DNA of 64,000 nucleotides, taken from positions 143,499 through 207,498 of the forward strand of contig JANWZO010000001.1 of assembly GCA_025054615.1 (NCBI GenBank), written 5' to 3'. Each line of letters opens with the position of its first letter. Within the stretch, counting starts at the first letter, position 1. Under the pieces are notes generated by a model. That model did no database searches. It had not been told where the DNA came from and worked only from the letters and a program-made list of their open reading frames with translations. The DNA comes from Kiritimatiellia bacterium (GTDB lineage: Bacteria; Verrucomicrobiota; Kiritimatiellia; CAIVKH01). Both the position numbers and the translations under genes were made by a program. Below, one piece after another: positions 45,866 to 54,475 of this stretch.

Positions 45866-46459
45866 CTATTTCTTTTCCGAGTTGAGGATATCGATCAGTT
45901 CTTGGGTAATGTCGAATTCCCGGTCGTAGAACAGGACGTTGGGGACCCCGTTCAAGTTGTCGCCGGAAATCTCGAGGACGGCAAGATATCCCTCTCTCTC
46001 CGCGTGAGACTTCAAAGCGTCCCTGATTTCGACCACGAGCTTGTCACGGATTCGCTTCAATTGCTCGGCCATCTGGCGCCGGCGACTTTCCTCAAACCGT
46101 CGAATCCGGCTTTCCATTTCACGCATTTCGATAAGCTTTTCCTCCGCTTCCGTCCGGCGGGCGGTGCGAACCTCATCGCTCAGCGCGGTGTCTTCGGATT
46201 CCTCCCGAGCCTGCCGGAAAGATTCCTGCAGCTCCTTGAAGCGATCGACCATTTTTCGAAGTTCTTCCTTCAACTCCGATTCCTGCTCCTTGAGCTGCCC
46301 CTCGGCGAGTTTCGTTTTGTAATACTCATCAAAGACCTTGTTCATGTCGACAAAGACGATCCGCCCCGCCTCGCCCTGCGCGGCAGCGGGGTATCGAGGT
46401 GCAGCCGCAAACAAAGCGGCGGCGGCAACAACAAGGGGGAGATGTAGCGTTCGGGTCAT
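45866..46459 (-). CDS. skp: OmpH/Skp family periplasmic chaperone
   Basis: Signal peptide followed by a coiled-coil K/E-rich body (KTKLAEGQLKEQESELKEELRK...), located between bamA and lpxD. The track ORF starts at 46474. Confidence 0.8.
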   Translation of the reverse strand: MTRTLHLPLVVAAAALFAAAPRYPAAAQGEAGRIVFVDMNKVFDEYYKTKLAEGQLKEQESELKEELRKMVDRFKELQESFRQAREESEDTALSDEVRTARRTEAEEKLIEMREMESRIRRFEESRRRQMAEQLKRIRDKLVVEIRDALKSHAEREGYLAVLEISGDNLNGVPNVLFYDREFDITQELIDILNSEKK

Positions 46460-46480
46460 AGGGGCTCCTCGCAAAGTGAC

Positions 46481-48832
46481 TCAAAGCGAATAACCAATCA
46501 TAAATTGAAAGCGGCCGGAGCGGCGCCGGTCATCCGGATCGGTTTCGATGGGCCAGGCATAATCGAACCGCAGGGGAAACGCAGGGAAATCGATCCGGAG
46601 GCCGACACCCCAGTCCGAATTGTAGGTGGAAAAATCCCACTCATACGGCTCCCGATACACGTAGCCGATGTCATAGAAAAGCGCAAAGCGCAGCTTTTCA
46701 TAGACAGGGATAGTGTACTCTGCCGCACCGAACCAGGCGGTCTGGCCGCCGATTGGATCTCGGTTTTCGTCTTTCGGGCCGACCCTCCGGAATTTGAACG
46801 CGCGCAGGGTGCGGGCGCCGCCGAGGTAGAGCCGTTCGAAAACCGGTACGTCCTCAGCGTCGCCGTGAGGCTCGACGACCGACGTCCACAGGCGAAGGTT
46901 GAACACGTGGTCGTACCACAGGGGCACGAAGGTGGACACCTGTGCCTCGACGTTGTACACGTCCACATCGCCTCCGAGGGGGCCTCCGGCGTACATGCCC
47001 CCGAGGCTTGAGCGCGTGCCGCGAGTGGGAATGAACGCGCTGTCCCGTGAATCGCGAACCACGGACGCATTCAGCGAGCTCTTGAGATAGTCACCGGCCT
47101 GCGATTGGAAAAACTCCGACGCATCCGCATCCACATTGTGGATCTTGATATTCTCAAGGCCGTAGGAAAGATTGAACCGCGTAAACGCATCCAGCGGCAC
47201 GCCGATCCCGACCTCGCCCCCGGTCTCCCGCTGTTCATAGACGCGGCTGAGGTAACTGCGGTTTCTCCGGTACAAATTAACAGTCAGCGCCAACCGCCGG
47301 TCAAACAGCCACGGCTCCGTGAAGGTCAGCTCGAGGTCATTCCGCTTCGTGCCGGCCGTCCCCCGGAGCCGCAACTTCTGTCCGCCCCCGACCGGCGGCC
47401 AGTTGAAGAGATCGAAATTCCCCTGCGACAACTCGGCAAACCCGATCAGATCATCCACGCTTGAGAAACCGGCGCCGATCAGGAACTGGCCGGTCCGGCG
47501 CTCCTCGACATTGATGGCCAGGTCGACGAGATTCGTGGTGGGTGTGTCGACCGGTTCCGCTGCGACGAGGTCGAAATAGCCGAGGTTTCTGAGGCGCAGC
47601 TCGGTGTTTCGGACGCGCACATCGTTGTAGACGTCCCCGGGCAGGACCGTCACTTCTCGGCGAATGACCTTGTCCTTCGTGCGCGTGTTTCCGCGAATCA
47701 CAACATCCCGCACCCGAACCGGCTCACCCTCTTCGCGCACCGCGATCTCGACATCGACAACCGGCTCCTCTTGGCGAGGTGAAACCGAGGATTGGATCTC
47801 GCTGCGGATGTAGCCCCGACTGCCATAGAAATCGCGAACCGCCTGGTGGGCGCGGTTGAGCGCCGTTTGGGTGGCGACATCATTCGGTCGATTCGTAACC
47901 GTGCGCCGGACGTCCTCGATCGGGAATTTTTTAGGGCCAACCACGCGAATCTCGCCGAATCGATACCGAGGCCCCGTCTCGACCGGGATGAGGATGTCGA
48001 TCTTCTTTTCTCCGACTCGTTCCAGGACCGGATCCCCGACTTTTGCGTCCAGGAAGCCGCGGTCGCGCAATTCGCGGCGAACCGTCTCAAGGTCCGCGTC
48101 CAGCTCGTCTGGCTTATAGGTGCCGGCTCCCGTCAGCCAGGAAAAGATGTTTGACTGCCGCTGTTTCATCGGGCGCCGCAGATCGTGACCCGTGACCGGA
48201 GGGCGGTCAAAAAACCAGGGAAAGATGGCGCGGGCGGCGCGCTCCGCGCGTCCGGGGTCCGGAAGATCACCGAACCGGATTCGGCGGATTCTCGCACGGG
48301 GCCCTTCTTTCACCTGAACGATCACATCGGCGGTTCCGGCAATCTCATCCTCGCGGATCGTCCACGAGAGGCTGGCATCCGGAAATAATTTCTTCTGATA
48401 GTGTTCCTGGACGGCCTTTGCCCTAAGCGCAAGTACAGCGTCGTCCACCAGGTCTCCTGGGCCGAGGGCAAGCAGTTCCCGAACCTTCGCATTGCCTATT
48501 TCGTCAGCCCCTTCAATTCGGATCAGGCGGATCCGTGGCTTGCTGCGCACCTGGTAGATCACAGCTACGCCGCCGGGCGCATCTTCCACATCCGCCGCCA
48601 CATACGCGAACCGGCCCGATTGCTGAAGTGCACGAACATCTCGCGCCAGCGCGGCGCGCGTAAGCTCATCGCCGACCTTGACACTAATGAAGGACCGGAC
48701 AACAGCCTCATCGACAGGCCCGCCTCCGCGCCGTTCAATGCGGATTTCGCGGATCTCCGCGCCGAAGGCGGGGGCGCCGGCGATCGCGCAGCCAACCCAC
48801 AAGGCCCAGAGTGCTGTGCCCCAGCGCTTCAA
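46481..48832 (-). CDS. bamA: Outer membrane protein assembly factor BamA
   Basis: 783 aa with a signal peptide, 5 POTRA domains and an Omp85 barrel ending ...RFQFMIGYSL. Initiates at TTG, overlapping the dnaB stop as TTGA. No in-frame ATG occurs within the signal peptide. Confidence 0.9.
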   Translation of the reverse strand: MKRWGTALWALWVGCAIAGAPAFGAEIREIRIERRGGGPVDEAVVRSFISVKVGDELTRAALARDVRALQQSGRFAYVAADVEDAPGGVAVIYQVRSKPRIRLIRIEGADEIGNAKVRELLALGPGDLVDDAVLALRAKAVQEHYQKKLFPDASLSWTIREDEIAGTADVIVQVKEGPRARIRRIRFGDLPDPGRAERAARAIFPWFFDRPPVTGHDLRRPMKQRQSNIFSWLTGAGTYKPDELDADLETVRRELRDRGFLDAKVGDPVLERVGEKKIDILIPVETGPRYRFGEIRVVGPKKFPIEDVRRTVTNRPNDVATQTALNRAHQAVRDFYGSRGYIRSEIQSSVSPRQEEPVVDVEIAVREEGEPVRVRDVVIRGNTRTKDKVIRREVTVLPGDVYNDVRVRNTELRLRNLGYFDLVAAEPVDTPTTNLVDLAINVEERRTGQFLIGAGFSSVDDLIGFAELSQGNFDLFNWPPVGGGQKLRLRGTAGTKRNDLELTFTEPWLFDRRLALTVNLYRRNRSYLSRVYEQRETGGEVGIGVPLDAFTRFNLSYGLENIKIHNVDADASEFFQSQAGDYLKSSLNASVVRDSRDSAFIPTRGTRSSLGGMYAGGPLGGDVDVYNVEAQVSTFVPLWYDHVFNLRLWTSVVEPHGDAEDVPVFERLYLGGARTLRAFKFRRVGPKDENRDPIGGQTAWFGAAEYTIPVYEKLRFALFYDIGYVYREPYEWDFSTYNSDWGVGLRIDFPAFPLRFDYAWPIETDPDDRRRSGRFQFMIGYSL

Positions 48833-50256
48833 AACTCTCCCGAACTGGGCCGGAACTCGCCCGCGGCGGTGTCGGTCTGCAAGCGGTTGGCGAACCGAGT
48901 CGTTTCTTCAAAAAAATTCAACCGTATTTCTCCCGTCGGGCCGTTACGATGCTTGGCAAAGTCGACGATGGCAAGCGTCTTGTCGCTCGCCTCGGGGTCC
49001 GACGGATATTTGCAAGGCCGCCTGAGCAACATCACGACGTCCGCATCCTGCTCAATGGAGCCCGAGTCGCGCAGGTCAGATAATTTCGGCACCGCGATTT
49101 TGTCGCGCGTTTCTGGCGCGCGGCTGAGCTGGCTGAGCACAACGACGGGGACATTCAACTCTTTCGCCATCGACTTGAGGGCCGCCGAGATGGCGGCCGT
49201 TTCGCGCTGGCGCCCCTCGCCGCTCTTTTGGGTATAATTCAGCATCTGGAGGTAATCGACCACGACCAGTTGGATGTCGTACTGCTTTTTCAGCCGCCGC
49301 GCCCGCGCGCGCAGTTCCACGACCTCCAAGTTCGCGGTGTCGTCGACAAACAGCCTTGCCTTCTGAAGGTCGGCAGCCGCGTGAACCAGGCGCTGATGCT
49401 CATCGGCGGGCAGAATCCCCTTGAGCAGCCGGTGGGAGGAGATCCCCGCGCGGGAACACAGCATGCGTTTGGCCAGCGCCTGCCGCGGCATCTCCAGGCT
49501 GAAGATCGCCACGGGCCTCGGCTGGTGGTCGCACACTTCGCCCATCGCGACGTATTCCGCGATGTTCATCGCCAACGACGTCTTGCCCATCGAAGGCCGC
49601 GCCGCAATGACGATCATGTCGGCCGGCTGGAAGCCCCCAGTAATACGGTCAATGTCGACGAAGCCCGTTGGAATCCCCGTGACGCCGGTCTTGGTCTCAA
49701 AGATGTGCTCGATGTGCACCATCGTCTCCTTGATCGCCTCCGACCAGGGGATGACGCTCCGGGCCTGATAGTGGGAGATGTCAAAGAGCTTTTGGGAAAA
49801 GTCGTCGAGCAGTACATCCGCATTTTCATCGCCAAGCCTGTAGCACGCCTCGATGGCTTCGTTGGACGTCTCGATAATGCGCCGGAGAATGTGTTTCTGC
49901 CGGACGATTTCGATGTAATATTCCAGCGCCGCGGACGTAGGCGTGGAGTCGATCAGGCCCTCGATATACGAAACGCCGCCAATCAGATTGAGCTTGTCCT
50001 GGTCGCGCAGCCGCTGGCCGACGGTGAGCAGATCCACCGGCCGGCCCTTCTCATGGAGGTCGAGAATGGCCTCGAAGATCGTTCGGTGCGCAGGGATATA
50101 GAAGGATTCGGCGCTGATCCGGCGTTCGAGCGACAGGTCGATCGCGCGCGCCGCGTCCACCATCATCGAGCCAAGCAGGCCGCGTTCCGCCTCTTCACTG
50201 TGCGGAGGAACCTGCCGGGCTCGCGACGCGGTTGCCGGATCGTCCGGCCTGGCCAT
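48829..50256 (-). CDS. dnaB: Replicative DNA helicase DnaB
   Basis: DnaB N domain plus the RecA-like Walker A GARPSMGKTSLAMNIA. The track ORF starts at 50271; MARPDD at 50256 is the likely start. Confidence 0.9.
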   Translation of the reverse strand: MARPDDPATASRARQVPPHSEEAERGLLGSMMVDAARAIDLSLERRISAESFYIPAHRTIFEAILDLHEKGRPVDLLTVGQRLRDQDKLNLIGGVSYIEGLIDSTPTSAALEYYIEIVRQKHILRRIIETSNEAIEACYRLGDENADVLLDDFSQKLFDISHYQARSVIPWSEAIKETMVHIEHIFETKTGVTGIPTGFVDIDRITGGFQPADMIVIAARPSMGKTSLAMNIAEYVAMGEVCDHQPRPVAIFSLEMPRQALAKRMLCSRAGISSHRLLKGILPADEHQRLVHAAADLQKARLFVDDTANLEVVELRARARRLKKQYDIQLVVVDYLQMLNYTQKSGEGRQRETAAISAALKSMAKELNVPVVVLSQLSRAPETRDKIAVPKLSDLRDSGSIEQDADVVMLLRRPCKYPSDPEASDKTLAIVDFAKHRNGPTGEIRLNFFEETTRFANRLQTDTAAGEFRPSSGEF

Positions 50257-50260
50257 CGGG

Positions 50261-50710
50261 CTACTCCGCAACCAAGGTCAGCTTCAATTCGGCGCGGATT
50301 TCCGGCATGAGCCGGATTTCGAGCTTGTGGGGGCCGAGCTCCTTGAGCGGATGCCCCATCATGATCTTGTGTTTGTCGACCGTGATGCCGTGTTTTCCCA
50401 AAGCAGCCGCAATATCGCCCGCGGTGACCGAGCCGAAAAGCCGACCTTCCGCGCCTGCGCGGACGGGAATGGTGAGTTCGAGGGCTTCAATTTTGGCCTT
50501 CGTCTCCTCCGCCTCCACACGCCTTGCCGCGCGCTTGGCCTCCGCGGCTGCGCGCCGTTTCTCCACCTGGCGGCGGGTGGCCGTCGTGACGGGGGCCGCG
50601 ATACTGCGGGGGATTAGGTAGTTCCGGGCATAGCCGTCGGCGACCTTCACAATGTCGCCGGTCAATCCCAATCCGTCGACATCCTCCATCAAAATGACTT
50701 CCGTTGCCAT
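50261..50710 (-). CDS. rplI: 50S ribosomal protein L9
   Basis: MATEVILMEDVDGLGLTGDIVKVADGYARNYLIP... Confidence 0.95.
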   Translation of the reverse strand: MATEVILMEDVDGLGLTGDIVKVADGYARNYLIPRSIAAPVTTATRRQVEKRRAAAEAKRAARRVEAEETKAKIEALELTIPVRAGAEGRLFGSVTAGDIAAALGKHGITVDKHKIMMGHPLKELGPHKLEIRLMPEIRAELKLTLVAE

Positions 50711-50724
50711 CTCGGAACCTCCCC

Positions 50725-50979
50725 TCAGGGCAGCAACCCCATCACGCGGGCGCGGCGGATGGCGGCCTGAAGCTGGCGCTGCTGGCGGGCCGTCGCGCCC
50801 GTCATGCGGCGGGGCATGATCTTTCCGCGCTCGGTCATGAATTTGCGTAGCAGTTCGCTGTCCTTGTAGTCGATCTGCGCGACGCCCTCGAGATACTTGG
50901 CGCCCTTCTTGAGCATTGGCTGCAGATCGCCGCCCGATTCCCGGGCCCGGTTTCGTTCGGTTCGATCAGATGATGACAT
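50725..50979 (-). CDS. rpsR: 30S ribosomal protein S18
   Basis: 84 aa ...[49 protein letters not shown]. Confidence 0.95.
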   Translation of the reverse strand: MSSSDRTERNRARESGGDLQPMLKKGAKYLEGVAQIDYKDSELLRKFMTERGKIMPRRMTGATARQQRQLQAAIRRARVMGLLP

Positions 50980-51004
50980 GGTCGGTCCTCTTCTCGTTCA
51001 TCTG

Positions 51005-51499
51005 CTAAAAGGGAAGGGAATCATCGTCGTTTTCCGGATCGTCGGAGTCGCCTTTCGGTCCCCGCGATGCGGCTGCGGGTTTCTCCGCAGAGGACTTGGC
51101 GATGCCCCCACGAACAGGCGGAACATCCTCCTCCGGCGCATCGCCAATCTCGTCGCGGCCCTGGCGGGAAGCAGGATCCAAAAACTGGACCGTCTCGGCA
51201 ATCACACTCAGCTTGGATCGCTTTTCGCCGTTTTTCTCCCATTGATCCAGTTTCAGTCTACCCTCAACGAAAATGAGTGAGCCCTTACGCAGGCAATCGC
51301 TGCAGATGTCGGCGGTCCTGCCCCACGCGGTCAGGTCGACAAAACACGTTTCCTCCCGCGCTTCCCCTTCAGCCGTCCGGTACCGCCGATTGACCGCAAG
51401 CCCCATCTCCGCCACGGAAGTCCCGGCTGGCGTCGATCGCTTCACCGGGTCTCGCGTCAGCCGGCCGATCAGGAATACCTTGTTCAAATAGGCGGACAT
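51005..51499 (-). CDS. ssb: Single-stranded DNA-binding protein
   Basis: OB fold LNKVFLIGRLTRDP and an acidic C-terminal tail ...DDDSLPF. Confidence 0.95.
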   Translation of the reverse strand: MSAYLNKVFLIGRLTRDPVKRSTPAGTSVAEMGLAVNRRYRTAEGEAREETCFVDLTAWGRTADICSDCLRKGSLIFVEGRLKLDQWEKNGEKRSKLSVIAETVQFLDPASRQGRDEIGDAPEEDVPPVRGGIAKSSAEKPAAASRGPKGDSDDPENDDDSLPF

Positions 51500-51505
51500 G
51501 TCACA

Positions 51506-51811
51506 TCAGGCGGCGGCACCGGCCGCTTCCGGGATTCGAATAATTTGGAATCGGAAAATCTCTTCGTTCAATTTGAACCGCATGCGCAGGGTGTCGACCT
51601 TCGATCCATCCAGACGGAATGTAACGACCATGTATTGCCCGGCATTGTGTTTTTTCAACGGCCGGGCAAAGGCGCGACGACCCAGGCGCGTCTTGGACTC
51701 AACTTTCCCGCCAAGTTTTTCAACCTCGGCCGACACTTTCTCGAGAGCGCTTTCCAGAGCCTCGTCGTTGAAGGACTCGGGAAAAATGATCATGGCCTCG
51801 TATCTGTTCAT
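51506..51811 (-). CDS. rpsF: 30S ribosomal protein S6
   Basis: MNRYEAMIIFPESFNDEALE..., part of the rpsF-ssb-rpsR-rplI cluster. Confidence 0.95.
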   Translation of the reverse strand: MNRYEAMIIFPESFNDEALESALEKVSAEVEKLGGKVESKTRLGRRAFARPLKKHNAGQYMVVTFRLDGSKVDTLRMRFKLNEEIFRFQIIRIPEAAGAAA

Positions 51812-51865
51812 TCTGTCCCTCTTTCCGCGTAAAAACTGATACTTTGCCAGGTCCCGTCGCCCGAT

Positions 51866-52423
51866 TCAATTAAATCTATTCATCGCCTGATCCCACCCTT
51901 CTCGAAGCGCCACTGCAATCGCGTCGGCGGCCCTTCGGATGGCCTCCTCAATCACCGGCCGCTCGGTGGAACCGAATCGGCCGAGTACGTGTTCAACCGT
52001 GTCGCGCTCCGCATCCCGCCCGATCCCGATCCGCACTCTCGGAAACGCTTCCGTGCCGAGATGGGCAATCAGGGATTTGAGCCCATTGTGCCCGCCGGCG
52101 CCGCCGCTTTTTCGGAGCCTCAAACGGCCGAGCGGCAGATCCACGTCGTCGACTGCCACAATCAGGTCGGCGGGCGCAATTCCTTTTTTCCGAACCAGCG
52201 GCGCCACGGCCTCGCCGCTCCGGTTCATGAACGTGGACGGTTTGAACAACAACAGGGCGCAACCTTCGAGCATGCCCTCCGCCAGCTCGCCGGTGAACCG
52301 CCAGCTCTTCCGGAACGAAAGCCCCAGCCGGCGGGCCAGTTCGTCGACGACGTCGAATCCCACATTGTGACGGGTACCTTCGTACTCGCGGCCGGGGTTG
52401 CCCAAACCGACAATCAGCTTCAT
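51866..52423 (-). CDS. pth: Peptidyl-tRNA hydrolase
   Basis: MKLIVGLGNPGREYEGTRHNVGF... Confidence 0.95.
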   Translation of the reverse strand: MKLIVGLGNPGREYEGTRHNVGFDVVDELARRLGLSFRKSWRFTGELAEGMLEGCALLLFKPSTFMNRSGEAVAPLVRKKGIAPADLIVAVDDVDLPLGRLRLRKSGGAGGHNGLKSLIAHLGTEAFPRVRIGIGRDAERDTVEHVLGRFGSTERPVIEEAIRRAADAIAVALREGWDQAMNRFN

Positions 52424-52482
52424 GTCCAGCATCGGAATGCCGGGGGCGCGGCGCGATCTCCGTCATGCCGCCGCGGCGCGGA

Positions 52483-53196
52483 CTATTTCTTCGCTTCCTT
52501 CGCGGGCGCGGCCTTCTCCTCTTTCTCCTTCTCTTTCTTCGGCGCCTCGCCTGCTGCCTGCTCTTCCTTCTTCTCCTTGATCACTTCCGGCTCGGCCGCC
52601 GCTGCCGCGGCCGCCGCGGCCGCAGGTGCCTCTTCCTGGCGAGGCGCGGACACGGCGACGATCGCAATGCTCCTGTCCGTGATCAGCGTATACTTGGCCG
52701 GATCGAGCTTCACATCGCCCGCCGTCAGGCTTTCGCCGATCTTCAGAGGCGAGACATCGACATCAAACGCCTCGACGATATCCATCGGCAGACATTCCAC
52801 TTCGATGCTGCGCACCAGATGTTCGAGGACGCCGCCTTGCTGCGAAACGCCGACGGGCGTCCCGACAAGGCGGACGGGGATCTCCAGCCGCAACTTCTCG
52901 GTCATGGAGATCTCGTGAAAGTCGGCATGCAGAATCTGGCCCGTGATGGGGTGCTGCTGCACTTCCTGAAGCAGGACCTTCTTGACCTCGACGCCCGGGA
53001 TTTCGAGGTCGATCATTACGTGCTCCGACGTATGACCGTGCACCGCGCGTCGAAACGCCTTCTCATCAACCGACACGATTACCGGCGCCTTGCCAACGCC
53101 ATACACGACGCCCGGAAATTTCCCAGCGCGTCGCAAGCGCCGTCCGGCGCCCGACCCCGTTTCTCGGCGAACTTCCGCCGTCAATTTGACTGCCAT
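52483..53196 (-). CDS. rplY: 50S ribosomal protein L25 (Ctc form) with an Ala/Lys/Glu-rich C-terminal tail
   Basis: N-terminus AVKLTAEVRRETGSGAGRRLRRAGKFPGVVYG. Low-complexity tail ...EAPAAAAAAAAAAEPEVIKEKKEEQAAGEAPKKEKEKEEKAAPAKEAKK. Confidence 0.9.
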   Translation of the reverse strand: MAVKLTAEVRRETGSGAGRRLRRAGKFPGVVYGVGKAPVIVSVDEKAFRRAVHGHTSEHVMIDLEIPGVEVKKVLLQEVQQHPITGQILHADFHEISMTEKLRLEIPVRLVGTPVGVSQQGGVLEHLVRSIEVECLPMDIVEAFDVDVSPLKIGESLTAGDVKLDPAKYTLITDRSIAIVAVSAPRQEEAPAAAAAAAAAAEPEVIKEKKEEQAAGEAPKKEKEKEEKAAPAKEAKK

Positions 53197-53240
53197 TACC
53201 ATTTTTTCTTCTCCGCGCCCTGTCGCCAGGGCATCACTGC

Positions 53241-54167
53241 CTACACTCGAAACAACGACGTAACCGACTGATTGTTGTGCACCCGCAGGATTGCCTCTCC
53301 CAGCAACTCCGCGACGGACAAGATGGTGACCTTGAACCCGTCGAAGGTGCGGGGCGGCACGCTGTCCGTCGTGATCAACTCCTCAATCGGAGACGCCTTG
53401 AGCCGCTCGACGCCAAGGTCCGTCAGCAGACAATGGGTGACGGCCGCTTTGACCGATATCGCGCCGTGCTGCTTCAGCAGCACTGCCGCGCTGGTCAGCG
53501 TTCCCGCCGTGGTTGTGAGATCGTCGACCAGCAGCGCATTCCTTCCACTGACATCGCCGACGATGCTGATTGCCTCCACCTCGGTGGCGCTCTTCCGCTG
53601 TTTACCCACGATCGCCAGGCCGGCGCCAAGCATGTTGGCGTACGCATAGGCCATTTTCAGCCCGCCCGGGTCTGGAGAAACGACCACGAGATCCTGAAGG
53701 TTCCTCTGCCGCAGGTGTTTGACGATCACGGGCGCCGCGTAGAGGTGGTCGACCGGAATGTCAAAAAAGCCCTGAATCTGCTGCGCATGGAAATCCATGG
53801 CGATCAGGCGATCGGCCCCTGCCGCGACGAGCAAATTCGCAATCAGCTTGGCCGTGATGGGCACGCGGGGCTGGTCCTTGCGGTCCTGTCGGCCATATCC
53901 GTAGAAGGGAATGACGGGTGTGATCCTTGCCGCCGACGCGCGCTTCGCCGCATCGATCATGATCAGCAGCTCCATGATATTCTCGTTCGGCGGCATGCAC
54001 GTCGGCTGGACGATGAACACATCCTGCCCGCGGATGTTCTCAACAATCTTGACAAAGATCTCCCCGTCCGGAAACCGGCTGATCTGCACACCGCCGAGCG
54101 GCTCGCCGATGTATTCGGCGATCGCCTTCGCCAGAGCCGGATGCGAATTGCCAGACAGTAATTTCAC
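53241..54167 (-). CDS. prs: Ribose-phosphate pyrophosphokinase
   Basis: MKLLSGNSHPALAKAIAEYIG... and the PRPP-binding loop VLLVDDLTTTAGT. Confidence 0.95.
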   Translation of the reverse strand: MKLLSGNSHPALAKAIAEYIGEPLGGVQISRFPDGEIFVKIVENIRGQDVFIVQPTCMPPNENIMELLIMIDAAKRASAARITPVIPFYGYGRQDRKDQPRVPITAKLIANLLVAAGADRLIAMDFHAQQIQGFFDIPVDHLYAAPVIVKHLRQRNLQDLVVVSPDPGGLKMAYAYANMLGAGLAIVGKQRKSATEVEAISIVGDVSGRNALLVDDLTTTAGTLTSAAVLLKQHGAISVKAAVTHCLLTDLGVERLKASPIEELITTDSVPPRTFDGFKVTILSVAELLGEAILRVHNNQSVTSLFRV

Positions 54168-54177
54168 AGTTCCGAGT

Positions 54178-54251
54178 TGGTTGCCCGACTAGGATTCGAA
54201 CCTAGACTCTGGCCTCCAAAGGGCCGTGTGCTGCCGTTACACCATCGGGCA
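54178..54251 (-). tRNA. tRNA-Gln (anticodon UUG), CCA encoded
   Basis: Minus-strand read UGCCCGAUGGUGUAACGGCAGCACACGGCCCUUUGGAGGCCAGAGUCUAGGUUCGAAUCCUAGUCGGGCAACCA. 7-bp acceptor stem, anticodon loop CUUUGGA, T-loop GGUUCGAAUCC. Confidence 0.85.
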
Positions 54252-54475
54252 ATTGGTCCGGACCATTTGTACCACAAATGGCCCTAGGTCACCCGACCTT
54301 TGACAAATCGCCCGGACGGACGCCCTGCCGGTTGCCCGGCGTCGGACGCAAGGGTCGGGAACCTAGGCCATGCATTCTAAACCGTCAAGCGTGAAAGCGC
54401 AAATCACGGCCTCGAGCGGGCCGGTCCGCGCAGGCCGATTTTCTCAGCCCGTCGGCGCGACCGGATTGGAGGCCC

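Noticed and set aside
49228-50310. 360-aa plus-strand ORF antisense to dnaB
   Set aside because: It is antisense to DnaB, which has the Walker A motif. It is spurious.
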